The position numbers were made by a program, and so were the translations under genes. Of a stretch of 22,717 nucleotides of DNA, positions 7,151 to 16,553 are shown piece after piece (the stretch's first letter is position 1; every line of letters starts with the position of its first letter). The notes under the pieces were generated by a model. The model saw only the letters and a program-made list of their open reading frames with translations, was not told where the DNA came from and made no database searches. Origin of the DNA: Nitrospiraceae bacterium (GTDB taxonomy: Bacteria; Nitrospirota; Nitrospiria; Nitrospirales; Nitrospiraceae); the NCBI GenBank assembly GCA_050246315.1, contig JBFWWG010000025.1:1-22717 (forward strand), read 5' to 3'.

Positions 7151-8416
7151 TCATCCAGATTCGGTTCTTGATCGTACCAGCCGGAATCCGAGATGGTTGG
7201 TGCCGGTATCCGGTTCCCCTTTTCCACGCCCGCCTGCGATATACCGCGCGCAGTACTGGTCTGTACAGAGAAACGACCCGCCCTTGTGGACTTTCTTCTT
7301 CACGCCTGGTTCGCTGGGATCGAAACTGTCTGCCGGCCCTTGCGGATTCAGCGGGAGAGTCCCCTTCGCCGTCAAGGTTCGATAGTAATCGTGCCGATAC
7401 CAATCGCTGGTCCATTCCCAGACGTTGCCGGCCATGTCGTAGAGACCGTAGCCGTTCGGCGGGAATGAAGCCACCGGCGCAGCTCGATCGTAGCCGTCTT
7501 CGGCCACGCTCTTGTCGGGAAAGTGGCCTTGAAAGGTGTTCGCCATGTACTTGCCGCCGGGCTTCAGCTCATCGCCCCACGGATAGGCTTTGCGGTCTAG
7601 ACCGCCTCGTGCGGCAAATTCGAATTCCGCTTCCGTCGGCAATCGTTTCCCGGCCCACTTCGCATAGGCTAGCGCGTCCTCATAGGCGATGTGGACGACC
7701 GGATACTGTCCGCGGTCTTGGATATGGCGTGCTGGTCCTTCCGGATGCCGCCAGTTTGCGCCTTTGACATACGACCACCATTGAAAGTGATCGTTTAACT
7801 TTATAGGGTGATCGGGCGGGGAAAACACGACCGAACCGACTACGAGATTCTCGGGCGGCGCGCCGGGGAAATCCTCGGGACGCGGCGTCCGTTCGGCCAC
7901 CGTGACATAGCCCGTCGCCTCAACGAACGTCGCAAACTGTTGGTTCGTCACTTCCGTCTTGTCCATCCAGAACCCGTCAACCCATACGCGGTGCCACGGC
8001 TGCGCATCGGGAAACTCGTCCGCTCCCATCCAGAATTCTCCGCCGGGAATCCACACCATGCCGTCCGGTGCCGAGCCCGGCGGAGGCGTTGGAGCTGCGG
8101 ATGCCAAGGCTGCGCCGGCCTGTTGCATCGACTGACTCGAAACGGGCTGTGCACCGACGGCGGTGAAGCCTCGCCCGGCTTTCGCAGCGGCCACGCCCAT
8201 ATCGCAGGTCATGCCGGACGCCGGCAAGGAGGAAACTGTTGGAGCGCTCTTCCCGAAGAAGTACCAGGACGAAGCCAGCACGAGACCGGCGCATAACACC
8301 ACCCCAAGGATGATGACGGCGCCATGCGACTTGTGGGTTGCAGACCGCTGCTTATGGACCACAGTGGCGTTCTCCAAACAGGTCAATCGGTGAATGTCGA
8401 CTTCGGCGACGGGCAC
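7151..8416 (-). CDS. Formylglycine-generating enzyme (FGE/SUMF1 family sulfatase-modifying factor)
   Basis: MVWIPGGEFWMG, EVTN, PVVHIAYEDA, KRLPTEAEFEFAARGG, NGYGLYDMAGNVWEW and the Cu-binding KGGSFLCTDQYCARY (CxxxxC). N-terminal TM segment. GTG 8362, with GGAG 9 nt upstream, is a plausible alternative start. Confidence 0.95.
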   Translation of the reverse strand: MPVAEVDIHRLTCLENATVVHKQRSATHKSHGAVIILGVVLCAGLVLASSWYFFGKSAPTVSSLPASGMTCDMGVAAAKAGRGFTAVGAQPVSSQSMQQAGAALASAAPTPPPGSAPDGMVWIPGGEFWMGADEFPDAQPWHRVWVDGFWMDKTEVTNQQFATFVEATGYVTVAERTPRPEDFPGAPPENLVVGSVVFSPPDHPIKLNDHFQWWSYVKGANWRHPEGPARHIQDRGQYPVVHIAYEDALAYAKWAGKRLPTEAEFEFAARGGLDRKAYPWGDELKPGGKYMANTFQGHFPDKSVAEDGYDRAAPVASFPPNGYGLYDMAGNVWEWTSDWYRHDYYRTLTAKGTLPLNPQGPADSFDPSEPGVKKKVHKGGSFLCTDQYCARYIAGGRGKGEPDTGTNHLGFRLVRSRTESG

Positions 8417-8452
8417 AGTGCGCTCATCGGAAGTGCCGTCACGGCGGAGCCA

Positions 8453-9460
8453 CTACTGTTCCTTCTTGAGCCGTTTCATCCCCTCGACGAGCGGATGCCA
8501 GCCGTAGTTCAACATCAACCGAAACTGGTCGATTTTCAGATCCTGAGAACCTTGATTGACCGTGGCGGAATAGCTGGCACTGATCAGCAAGTTATCGGTC
8601 GCCTGAAACCCGACTGTAAACCCGGCACTCACGTTGTCCAGCGCCTTCCCGTTGGGTGGGGGGAAACCAGCGGCCAGGGTCGTTCCTTCGAAGGTAGGCT
8701 TGGCGCCATAGAGCCAAGCGACGTCCGCCGATACCCACAGCGTCTCTGTTAAATCCCTCGTCAGATGGCCTTCGAGTTGCAGCATGGGATCACTCTTGAG
8801 CGTCTGGCCCGCATAGTTGTCATTGTTGCCGAAAAACCAGCCGGCCGGCAGGATTTCCAACGTGGTCCGCTTGCCGGGCACCCAGGGGCCGAAGGTCTTC
8901 ATCATGGGCAGCCCGACCCTCCCGTACCAGCGATTTTGGCTGATGTTGACAACTTGGCTACTGTCATAGGTCCCGATCGGAAGCGCCAAGCTCATCAGCA
9001 GGTCCAGCGTGAAGGTCGGCTCATAGCGGAGCAGGTCAGGAATGTTCGTGATAACCGGGGCTCCAATCAGATTGGTATTGAGCTGCAAGATCGGATTCCC
9101 AAATCCTCTCGCTCCCTGCTGTTGGGACGTCGGACCGCCTGAGATACTGGCGTCCAAGTTGCCGACCGGCAGAAAGATCGACGCGGTCGCCGATCGCCCA
9201 AACAGGGGCAACATTTTTGAATAGCCCGCGATCGCGACATTCGCGTCAAATGAGGCATTGGGCCGAATCACATGGGATGGATCGAGCGGGTTCGCGTTCC
9301 CAGAAAGGTTCAAGTACCAGAAATTGACGATGTTGGTGCCCGCCAAGCCGTGCCAATAGATCCGCGGGCCATCACCCTGAGCAAGCGCAATCGCAGGGAC
9401 CACAAGGATGGCCACGAGGAGACTCAAGACCCTGTGCGTCTGAACGCGGCTTGGCTTCAT
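8453..9460 (-). CDS. Outer-membrane channel, MetA-pathway-of-phenol-degradation / SphA-like 'transporter' family
   Basis: AGGAG 7 nt before ATG 9460, signal peptide (ALA-QGD), GFGNPIL, LALPIGTYD...VNISQNRW, LQLEGHLTRD beta-strands. Confidence 0.8.
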   Translation of the reverse strand: MKPSRVQTHRVLSLLVAILVVPAIALAQGDGPRIYWHGLAGTNIVNFWYLNLSGNANPLDPSHVIRPNASFDANVAIAGYSKMLPLFGRSATASIFLPVGNLDASISGGPTSQQQGARGFGNPILQLNTNLIGAPVITNIPDLLRYEPTFTLDLLMSLALPIGTYDSSQVVNISQNRWYGRVGLPMMKTFGPWVPGKRTTLEILPAGWFFGNNDNYAGQTLKSDPMLQLEGHLTRDLTETLWVSADVAWLYGAKPTFEGTTLAAGFPPPNGKALDNVSAGFTVGFQATDNLLISASYSATVNQGSQDLKIDQFRLMLNYGWHPLVEGMKRLKKEQ

Positions 9461-9664
9461 CCATTTTCTCCTTTTTTGCCTTTGACTAAGTCCTGGGGCG
9501 GGACAAACTGCGGCTGAACATGAGCGGAGGCGATCCCTCGTCGACCCTGGTTCGCTTGGGCAAGCCGTTCTCCGCGGTCTCATAAATGTAGCGGTTTGAG
9601 AGAATCACCTTGTTTGCCGTCGCCTATTGGTCCCATAGCGCCCTGAGCAGATAGATCCTGCTCC

Positions 9665-11479
9665 TCAGCAGGGTCCCGGGCACGGTTTGGGATCTGCCAT
9701 CATGTCCTTGGGCGGGACGAACTGTCGCTTGTACGTCAGCGGCGGGTAGCCCGGATCGTCCGGGACGCGCTGCGGCAGCTTATCTTCCAGCGTCTCGAAT
9801 ACGGAGCGACTTGGCAAGATCACGTTGTTCGTCCGGACATAGCCCTCCCAGATCGCGATCAGCGCCCGCACCTTGTCCGGATGCTCTGCGGCGAGATCCT
9901 TTCGCTCGGCGGGGTCTGTCGCAAGGTTGAACAACTCCCAGTCGCCCTTGCCGAACGGCTTATATTGCCAACGGAGCTTCCAGTCCCCCTGCCGCACCGC
10001 GCGATTGCCGAAAAGTTCCCAGGCCAAGTAGTCCTCCTCCGTCCGTACCGTTTCCGTCTTGCCCGCCAGCACGGGGCTCCAGGATTTGCCGAGGAGCGCC
10101 GGCAGCTCGCGCCCCTCACGGGTCTTCGGATAGCCGGCGCCGGCGAGGTCGAGCAGCGTCGGCATCAGGTCGGCGACGTGCATGAGCCCGTGGTTGAGAG
10201 TCCCCTTGGGTCGATTGACCCTCGGACCGCTGACGATGAGCGCGTTCCGGATACCGCCTTCCGCGAGCCAGCCCTTGTACTGGCTGAAGGGCGTCATCGA
10301 CACCTGCGCCCACATCGGGCCATAGCCGACGTACGAGCCCGGATCGCCCCATGCGTTGGGATGAGTCTGCGACCAGTTGATCGCCGCGAAGAGATAGTCG
10401 CGCGTGCCCGGTGTCCCCGCGATCATGGCGAAGAGGTCGGTCCCCTCGGCGCCATTGTCGCCGAACACGACGAAGATCGTGTTTTCGTACTCGTCGATCG
10501 CCTTGAGGTGGTCAACGAGCCGGCCGACATGGAAGTCGAGATTTTCCACCATGCCGGCGTAGAGCTCCATCTTCTTGCCCAGGATGGCCCTGGTCGCCGG
10601 AGCCAGCATGACGGGGTCAGGCAGAAACCACATGCGCTCGGCGAGCTGCGTGCCAGCGGGTACGATGCCGAGCTCAATCTGTCGCTTCAGCCGTGCCTGC
10701 CGCACGGCGTCCCATCCTTGGTCATACTCACCGACGTGACGGGCGCGCCAGTCCCGCGGCAGGTGGTACGGATCGTGCGGCGCCTGGTGCGCGACGTAGG
10801 CAAAGAAGGGTTTCCCGTCGCCACGATTGGTGTCGATGAACTCGATCATCTTGTCGGTGTAGGTCTTTGTCGCATAGTAGTCCTTGGGAAGCCGCGTCAG
10901 ATAGCGCCCGTCCGCGGTGAAGACCGATCGCGGGGTCGCGGCGGTGAAATTCGCCATATCCCAGTAGCTGCCCGCCCCGTCGAGCAGCGAGAAGTCGCGT
11001 TCGAAGCCGCGCGCGGCCGGAATCAGGTCAGGCGTCTTGCCCAGATGCCACTTGCCGACCATGTAGGTATGGTAGCCGGCATCCTTGAGGAGTTGCGGCA
11101 GCGTAACAACCCCGTGGTTGAGATGGCCTTCATAGCCGGCCACGTCCCGCTGGTTGGGCGCGGTCCACTCGTCCATGTTGCCCAGGCCGTTCCGGTGCGT
11201 GTCGACGCCGCTCAGCAAGACCGATCTCGTGGGCGAGCAGCTCGCGTGGGTGTAAAAGTTCGTGAAGCGCACGCCGTCCTTCGCCAGTGCGTCGAGATTC
11301 GGCGTCTGGATCTCGCCGCCGAACGAACCCATGTCGGCAAAACCCATATCATCGCCGAGGATGACGACGATGTTCGGCCGCTTGCCCTGCGCCTGTGCCT
11401 GCACTAGAGCGGGTGCGGCAAACAGCACCGCGACCGCGATCACGAGTGTGGCTGCTTTCTTCATGCGTGCTCCAGTCAT
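9665..11479 (-). CDS. Exported Cys-type arylsulfatase (Pseudomonas AtsA-like type)
   Basis: Signal peptide, RPNIVVILGDDMG, SCSPTRSVLLSG, VGKWHLG, AHQAPHDP, YDQGWDAVR, GDNGAEG, EGGIR, WELFGNRAVRQGDWK. Start is ATG 11479 or 11464. Confidence 0.95.
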   Translation of the reverse strand: MTGARMKKAATLVIAVAVLFAAPALVQAQAQGKRPNIVVILGDDMGFADMGSFGGEIQTPNLDALAKDGVRFTNFYTHASCSPTRSVLLSGVDTHRNGLGNMDEWTAPNQRDVAGYEGHLNHGVVTLPQLLKDAGYHTYMVGKWHLGKTPDLIPAARGFERDFSLLDGAGSYWDMANFTAATPRSVFTADGRYLTRLPKDYYATKTYTDKMIEFIDTNRGDGKPFFAYVAHQAPHDPYHLPRDWRARHVGEYDQGWDAVRQARLKRQIELGIVPAGTQLAERMWFLPDPVMLAPATRAILGKKMELYAGMVENLDFHVGRLVDHLKAIDEYENTIFVVFGDNGAEGTDLFAMIAGTPGTRDYLFAAINWSQTHPNAWGDPGSYVGYGPMWAQVSMTPFSQYKGWLAEGGIRNALIVSGPRVNRPKGTLNHGLMHVADLMPTLLDLAGAGYPKTREGRELPALLGKSWSPVLAGKTETVRTEEDYLAWELFGNRAVRQGDWKLRWQYKPFGKGDWELFNLATDPAERKDLAAEHPDKVRALIAIWEGYVRTNNVILPSRSVFETLEDKLPQRVPDDPGYPPLTYKRQFVPPKDMMADPKPCPGPC

Positions 11480-11605
11480 TCCGATCTCCCGTAGGTTCCG
11501 TGGGTTCCCATGGTCAGGTTGTGCATGGCGAATGCGTCCAGTCTTCTTGGATGCAGATGAGCCTGCCTGAAGACGGGGTGGTCCGACCGGCTCGTTGCCG
11601 GAGGG

Positions 11606-13747
11606 CTAAGGTTTGTAGTCGCTCATGCCTGGACCGGTCTTGTCGTACACATTGAAGAACTCGTCCGACATGATTGTGGCGACACCGCCTTCCGGAGTCT
11701 CGATCATATCATTCTCCAGCGTCTTCACTCGAACCTTCCAACCCGGCGGGAGTTTCTTGAAGTTGCTTGCACCGGTGGCCAGGAATTCCTGATAGGTATG
11801 TTGCGGCTTCAGACCCAACTGGAACCCTTTCATGATCCAAGTCGTGCCCGTTGGATCGTCAAGGAGCAATACGGTCGTGCCCTTGTTCCAACCCAAAGAG
11901 CTCTTGCGGTTGATCGTCGTGGGGCTGTAAGGCGCTGAAGATTCCAGGTTGGCACTCTTGCCCAGGTTCAGTTGGGCGACCCACGCGGTCTTCAGGCCGT
12001 TGGAATCCCTTTCCTTGCCGACATCGAGCTCAATCCAGTCACTTAGCCAGAGCTTCGGGCCGTTCAAGGAAGCGGCAAGAACGCCGTATTCCTTTTTTAT
12101 TTTTTCAAAATCGAGGCCCTCGACCATCGCCAGCGGCGCGCTGTCTTTCGAATCGGGGACACCCTTGGATGTGAACAGGGTGTTGTGGACAGCGGCAATG
12201 ATGTTGCCCGTTTCAGGTTCGTGGTCGGCAAGAAATATCTCTATGAAGCGCGCCTGGTGCGTATTGTCGAAACGCATGAGCCTGGCCCCGGCACTATCGC
12301 CAAACACGGCAGGCAATGCAGTGGTTGAAGTGGCGGCAGACAGCCGCTTCACTGCGGGCGGCGCCCACCTTCCGTCGATCACCGATGCTTTGGGTCCATA
12401 CAGCCGCATCAGGATGTTGGAGGCCCCTGCCGGTGCCGGCAGCCAGTTCGACTCTTTTGCAGCACCGGGCGAGGCGTGCTGGACGTAGATGTCCAGTGAC
12501 CCATCCGGGTTGAACTTGAGCGCGTCGCGGTCGCCGATGGCGTTGCGCTTGATAGGATTGGCGACCGGGAAGCCTTCCGGGTCATAGAGGGTGATCGACC
12601 AGAAGGCCGTCACGGGCGGGATCTCATTCTTTGCGAAGTGCAGGACGTACTGGTTCGCGCCGTTCAGCGGCTTGCCGTCGGCATCGCCGTTGTTGACCGG
12701 ATAGATCGCGTCCACCGGCGGGTTGGCGCCGAGACCGAACAGCGCGATGGCGGCTCGCTTGAGATAATTGTTCCCGTACACGCCCAGATCCGTGATCATC
12801 TGCCAGCCGTTCACGGCGCGGGCAAGCGTTGGCATCTTCACCCGCATCGCCTGAAGCGCATCCGGTGCAGCCCGTTCCAACCCCTGCTGGACGGCAGGAT
12901 CCGCCTTCTGGAAATCGAAGGACTTCCCGGGCTCGATTCCAAGCAGCCGCATCCGGGAAATGATCGGCTGATCCGTCACGTGCGGCGGGTTGACCTTCAG
13001 AAGCTCGACAGCATAGGACCAGAACTGGCCCGCGCTCATGTTGGCCACCTGCGTCATCGGCGGCGTCTTCATGTCCACCGTTGGGTCGATCATGACCTTA
13101 ACCGGCTGCGGTGCCTTGCCCAACTCTGAAAGAGGCGTGATGGTGTAGCCATCCTGCACCCGATTGACGGCGGCATAGTCGTTCGCGCCGTTGGTCTGCG
13201 TACGCCCGATGATCCAGACATAGGGCGTAGGTGCGTCGATGCGCTGGACGTCTTTGGGCAGCGTGCCGTTCCAGCCGGACGGCACGATCGCGAACCGGCC
13301 CGCCTGCGTGCCCGTCGTCCGCTTGCCGGGAACGGCAAACGCATCCGTCCACATGTCGAGCATCGGGAGCATGTAGTAACGGCCCTGCGTGTCCGGAACC
13401 GAAACCACCACCGGCTCCTTCGTGAGGTCCAGCCAGGCCGTCGAGTAGAGCGTGTCGAAGTTCGGCCGCACGACATCGCGGAACTCGGCGGGAGGAAACG
13501 CGCGGAAGTGCGCGAACATGTTCATCGGGGCGCGACCGAGCGTCTTCCCCGGCTCGACGTTGACGGCCTGACGTCGAGTCACGTCCATCAGAACGATCGG
13601 GTAAAGGTAGGTGTAGGCTTCGACACCGATCTCGTAGGCAGCCTCTTCCGTAATCGTGGGCGCAGCCTGGGCGTGCGCCAGGGACAACTGATACGTCAAG
13701 GCGAACGCCATCATGCCAGCCAATGCCGTCACGGCTCTGGTACTCAT
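11606..13747 (-). CDS. Exported DUF1254/DUF1214 protein fused to an additional C-terminal domain
   Basis: Signal peptide (AHAQA), VVRPNFDTLYSTAWLDL and GRYYMLPMLDMWTD (DUF1254), PPVTAFWSITLYD and MRLYGP (DUF1214), then a Ser/Thr/Ala linker and ~240 extra residues. Confidence 0.9.
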   Translation of the reverse strand: MSTRAVTALAGMMAFALTYQLSLAHAQAAPTITEEAAYEIGVEAYTYLYPIVLMDVTRRQAVNVEPGKTLGRAPMNMFAHFRAFPPAEFRDVVRPNFDTLYSTAWLDLTKEPVVVSVPDTQGRYYMLPMLDMWTDAFAVPGKRTTGTQAGRFAIVPSGWNGTLPKDVQRIDAPTPYVWIIGRTQTNGANDYAAVNRVQDGYTITPLSELGKAPQPVKVMIDPTVDMKTPPMTQVANMSAGQFWSYAVELLKVNPPHVTDQPIISRMRLLGIEPGKSFDFQKADPAVQQGLERAAPDALQAMRVKMPTLARAVNGWQMITDLGVYGNNYLKRAAIALFGLGANPPVDAIYPVNNGDADGKPLNGANQYVLHFAKNEIPPVTAFWSITLYDPEGFPVANPIKRNAIGDRDALKFNPDGSLDIYVQHASPGAAKESNWLPAPAGASNILMRLYGPKASVIDGRWAPPAVKRLSAATSTTALPAVFGDSAGARLMRFDNTHQARFIEIFLADHEPETGNIIAAVHNTLFTSKGVPDSKDSAPLAMVEGLDFEKIKKEYGVLAASLNGPKLWLSDWIELDVGKERDSNGLKTAWVAQLNLGKSANLESSAPYSPTTINRKSSLGWNKGTTVLLLDDPTGTTWIMKGFQLGLKPQHTYQEFLATGASNFKKLPPGWKVRVKTLENDMIETPEGGVATIMSDEFFNVYDKTGPGMSDYKP

Positions 13748-13804
13748 GATCGTTGCTCTCCGGTTTCTTCGAAACAGAACTCGACACCCAGTTCCACGGG
13801 CACC

Positions 13805-14674
13805 TCAGGGCATGCCCGCTCCCGGCACCGCGACCTCGATCACGCGCAGGGTCGCGCTCGGAGTACGAGCGATCTGTGCCGGATCGTGGGAATCCGAAGC
13901 GCAGATGAACAGGTGCCGGCGTTCCGGCCCTCCCAACATGACCGCATAGCCCTGCGTATCCAGCTCGACCTGCTCGACGATCTCGCCGCCTTTGCGGATC
14001 CGTAACGCGCCGCACTTGCCTTCGGGGTTGGCAAGCCACAGGGCGCCTTCGGCGTCGAGCGCGATGCCGTCGGGATTTACATCGTTGGGCAACTGCCCAT
14101 AGATACGCCGATTCGCGAGCGATCCGTCGGCCCCGACATCGTACGCGGTCAGGCGGTGCCCCATGGTCTCGGCGACGATCAAGGTCTTGCCGTCGGGCGT
14201 GACCACCATCCCGTTCGGAAAGCTCAGGTCCTTGGCGACGACCCTAGCACGGCCATCGGGATCGACGCAGGCGATCACGCAGGTGTCGACGGGCTTGTTC
14301 GCAGGATCGAAGAAGTTGTAGCCGATGTCCCCCACATACAAACGGTCCTGTGCATCGACGATGCCGTCGCTCAGGCAGAACACCGTGATGGCGGCGAGGT
14401 CGGCCAGGGGCTGTAGCGCCTTCCCGTCCCAGCGGTAAATCTTCCGCTGCATCGCGTCGCCGACGATGATGCTGCCGTCGCGCCGGAACCCGAAGGCGTT
14501 CGGGATGAATCCCAGCTCCACCGCCGTCTCGACCTTTCCGTCGAGGTCCGCGGTCTTGATCCGCTTGTCGTGGATGTCCAGGAACCACAGCTTGCCGCCG
14601 TGCCAGCGCGGGCTTTCGGTGAACTTCAGGCCGCGCGTCTTATCGATCAATGTCTTGCCGGTGTGCGTTTTCAT
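13805..14674 (-). CDS. SMP-30/gluconolactonase/LRE family beta-propeller hydrolase
   Basis: FTESPRWH, LWFLDI, SFPNGM, PDGIALDAEGALW, LGGPERRHLFI. AAGGAG 5 nt before ATG 14674; no signal peptide. Confidence 0.92.
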   Translation of the reverse strand: MKTHTGKTLIDKTRGLKFTESPRWHGGKLWFLDIHDKRIKTADLDGKVETAVELGFIPNAFGFRRDGSIIVGDAMQRKIYRWDGKALQPLADLAAITVFCLSDGIVDAQDRLYVGDIGYNFFDPANKPVDTCVIACVDPDGRARVVAKDLSFPNGMVVTPDGKTLIVAETMGHRLTAYDVGADGSLANRRIYGQLPNDVNPDGIALDAEGALWLANPEGKCGALRIRKGGEIVEQVELDTQGYAVMLGGPERRHLFICASDSHDPAQIARTPSATLRVIEVAVPGAGMP

Positions 14675-14703
14675 GGGTACTCCTTGGTTAGTGGTTCGAG
14701 TGC

Positions 14704-16221
14704 TCACTCGACGAGTTCGATCTCGCCGAGCCGCCAGGTTTTGTCGAACCAGGGATCGAGCGGACCGTAGAGCCGGAAGATCACGTTCCAGCCATTGTTG
14801 GGAATGGTCTGGATGAAGTTTTTCGCATTTCCTGGCCGCTCGGGGCCGAAGTAGACATCCACCGAGCCGTCGTCATTGGCGTGGAAGTCCTTGTCCCTGC
14901 TGGTGATCGACGGCCAGGTCTGGTCGGTCTGCAGAAAAGAGCGGGCCTGGTTATCGTAGGCGATGACGGACCAGAAGTTGTTGATTGGAACGTTCGCGGG
15001 CACGTGCAGCCGGTAGGTACGGCTGCCATCGAGCGGCTTGCCCTTGGCATCGACGAACGCGAGCGCATACTGGGAACCGAACCCGACCATCTTAGCTTCC
15101 ATCGCCGGGGTGACACCGGTGGCGTAGAAGTAATATTGGGAAGCCGAGTCGAGCAGCTTGATGCCGTTCCGTTCGAAGCTGTAGCCCCCGAGAAACGCGG
15201 TCCGCCAGGCGCTCCCCTCGTAGTAGTACGCCTCCTTGTCGCGCATCCGATAGGTGAGGGCGCGCGCCGTGGCATCGCCCACCGCCGCGGCTTCGGTCAG
15301 GATCTTCTTCATCCGCTCATCCGGCGCGAAGGGCTTGCCGTGCTCGATTCCGATCGCCGCGAAGAAGCCGAGGGTCACCGGATCTCCGGTGTAGGACGGC
15401 TCGGATTGGACCACGTCGTTGAGAAGCTCCCAGAACTGGTAGTCGCCAGGTCCCACCGTCACGAACGGCTCGGGGGAGATGTTCACGAACTTCATCTTCG
15501 GCGGGTTGTCCGCTTGCGAGAGCGGGTAGACCTTCGTCAGCTTCTTGGTCCGCTCTACGGCCGGTTTCAGGTCACCCTTCGCGTCGGGGAACGTGCGCCA
15601 GGCCAGGAACATCTCGTAGGCCTGGGCTCGCGCGACAAAGTATCCCTCGGGCACCTCGCCCTCGTAGTGCGGCGGGAGGATCAGGTACTTGCCGCCCTTC
15701 CCCTTGTCGGGCCCCGTCAGGCCAACATCCACGACCCACCGGTACCAGTGATCGTTGAACGCGCCGAGAACGCCGGGCGGCACCTCGGCCACTAAGGGGC
15801 CGTCGTGGAGGTCGATCCACATCCAGGCGTACGGGGTGCTGGTGTTGAAGGTCAGGCCTACGGTGCGGGGAAAGACCAGCTCTTCCCAGATCGGCATGGT
15901 CGTATTGGCCGGTCCCCACTGCAGGAGGGCCTTGCGCATCGCGGCCTGGTTCAGCGCGGGAATGGCCAGCAGGTAGGCCTGCACAGCGCGTTGGAACTCG
16001 AGGTTGTCGTAGAGTTTTTCGACGGTAGCATCGTCCGGGAATCCGTCGAAAAACTTCAGTGTGCCAAGACGTGTTTCCACCTTGTCCGGCGCCACGATGC
16101 CGGGCGGGATGGGGGTTGATCCTTTCATCTTCGGTGAGGTCTGAGCCAGCGCGCCCGTTGTGGCGAGCGTGCAGGCGAGTGCACCGACCATACTGCGAAG
16201 CAAGTGTTGGTACTTATTCAT
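14704..16221 (-). CDS. Exported DUF1254/DUF1214 protein
   Basis: Signal peptide (ALA-QTS), ETRLGTLKFFDGFP, GLTFNTSTPY, GPDKGKGGKYLILPP, GSQY, VPINNFWSVIAYD, FRLYGP...WRLGEIE. Confidence 0.92.
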   Translation of the reverse strand: MNKYQHLLRSMVGALACTLATTGALAQTSPKMKGSTPIPPGIVAPDKVETRLGTLKFFDGFPDDATVEKLYDNLEFQRAVQAYLLAIPALNQAAMRKALLQWGPANTTMPIWEELVFPRTVGLTFNTSTPYAWMWIDLHDGPLVAEVPPGVLGAFNDHWYRWVVDVGLTGPDKGKGGKYLILPPHYEGEVPEGYFVARAQAYEMFLAWRTFPDAKGDLKPAVERTKKLTKVYPLSQADNPPKMKFVNISPEPFVTVGPGDYQFWELLNDVVQSEPSYTGDPVTLGFFAAIGIEHGKPFAPDERMKKILTEAAAVGDATARALTYRMRDKEAYYYEGSAWRTAFLGGYSFERNGIKLLDSASQYYFYATGVTPAMEAKMVGFGSQYALAFVDAKGKPLDGSRTYRLHVPANVPINNFWSVIAYDNQARSFLQTDQTWPSITSRDKDFHANDDGSVDVYFGPERPGNAKNFIQTIPNNGWNVIFRLYGPLDPWFDKTWRLGEIELVE

Positions 16222-16415
16222 CTCACCATCCTTCGCCGTGCGAATGAAACTCTACCTGCCTGAAGAGCGGCGCTCGCCGCACGAGTCGCCGGCAGATCTT
16301 CGGAATCCATGGTGACTGCCACTCCCGGTATCAACCTCCTCGAACCACGCGTTGTGCAAGACCCTGTTGGAAGACTCGCCCGCACTATTCATGAGGGCTC
16401 TTGCTGCGACTGCAT

Positions 16416-16468
16416 ATACGCCGCTGCGAGAAGCCTGGCCCGTCGAAGTGATTTCTCCGGCGGCGTAT
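16416..16468. repeat. Imperfect inverted repeat (~16-bp stem, 20-nt loop)
   Basis: atacgccgctg-c-gagaa (16416-16432) pairs with ttctc-cggcggcgtat (16453-16468). Confidence 0.6.
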
Positions 16469-16553
16469 CAAACACTGAGGAAGGGACATGCCCGTAGGGT
16501 GCTTCTCCGTCGGCGCAGCTACGAAAATACGATGAATAGCCGACGGTCCAAGC

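Noticed and set aside
9881..11407. 508-aa plus-strand ORF (likewise 6118-7095, 14881-15795, 17243-18355, 4274-5212, 55-906)
   Set aside because: All lie antisense to well-supported genes and lack family motifs; expected from high-GC codon bias.
11562..16266. Shared 12-mer cctgcctgaaga in two intergenic regions (11562-11573 and 16255-16266)
   Set aside because: Non-palindromic, only two copies, at different distances from the start codons; plausibly chance.
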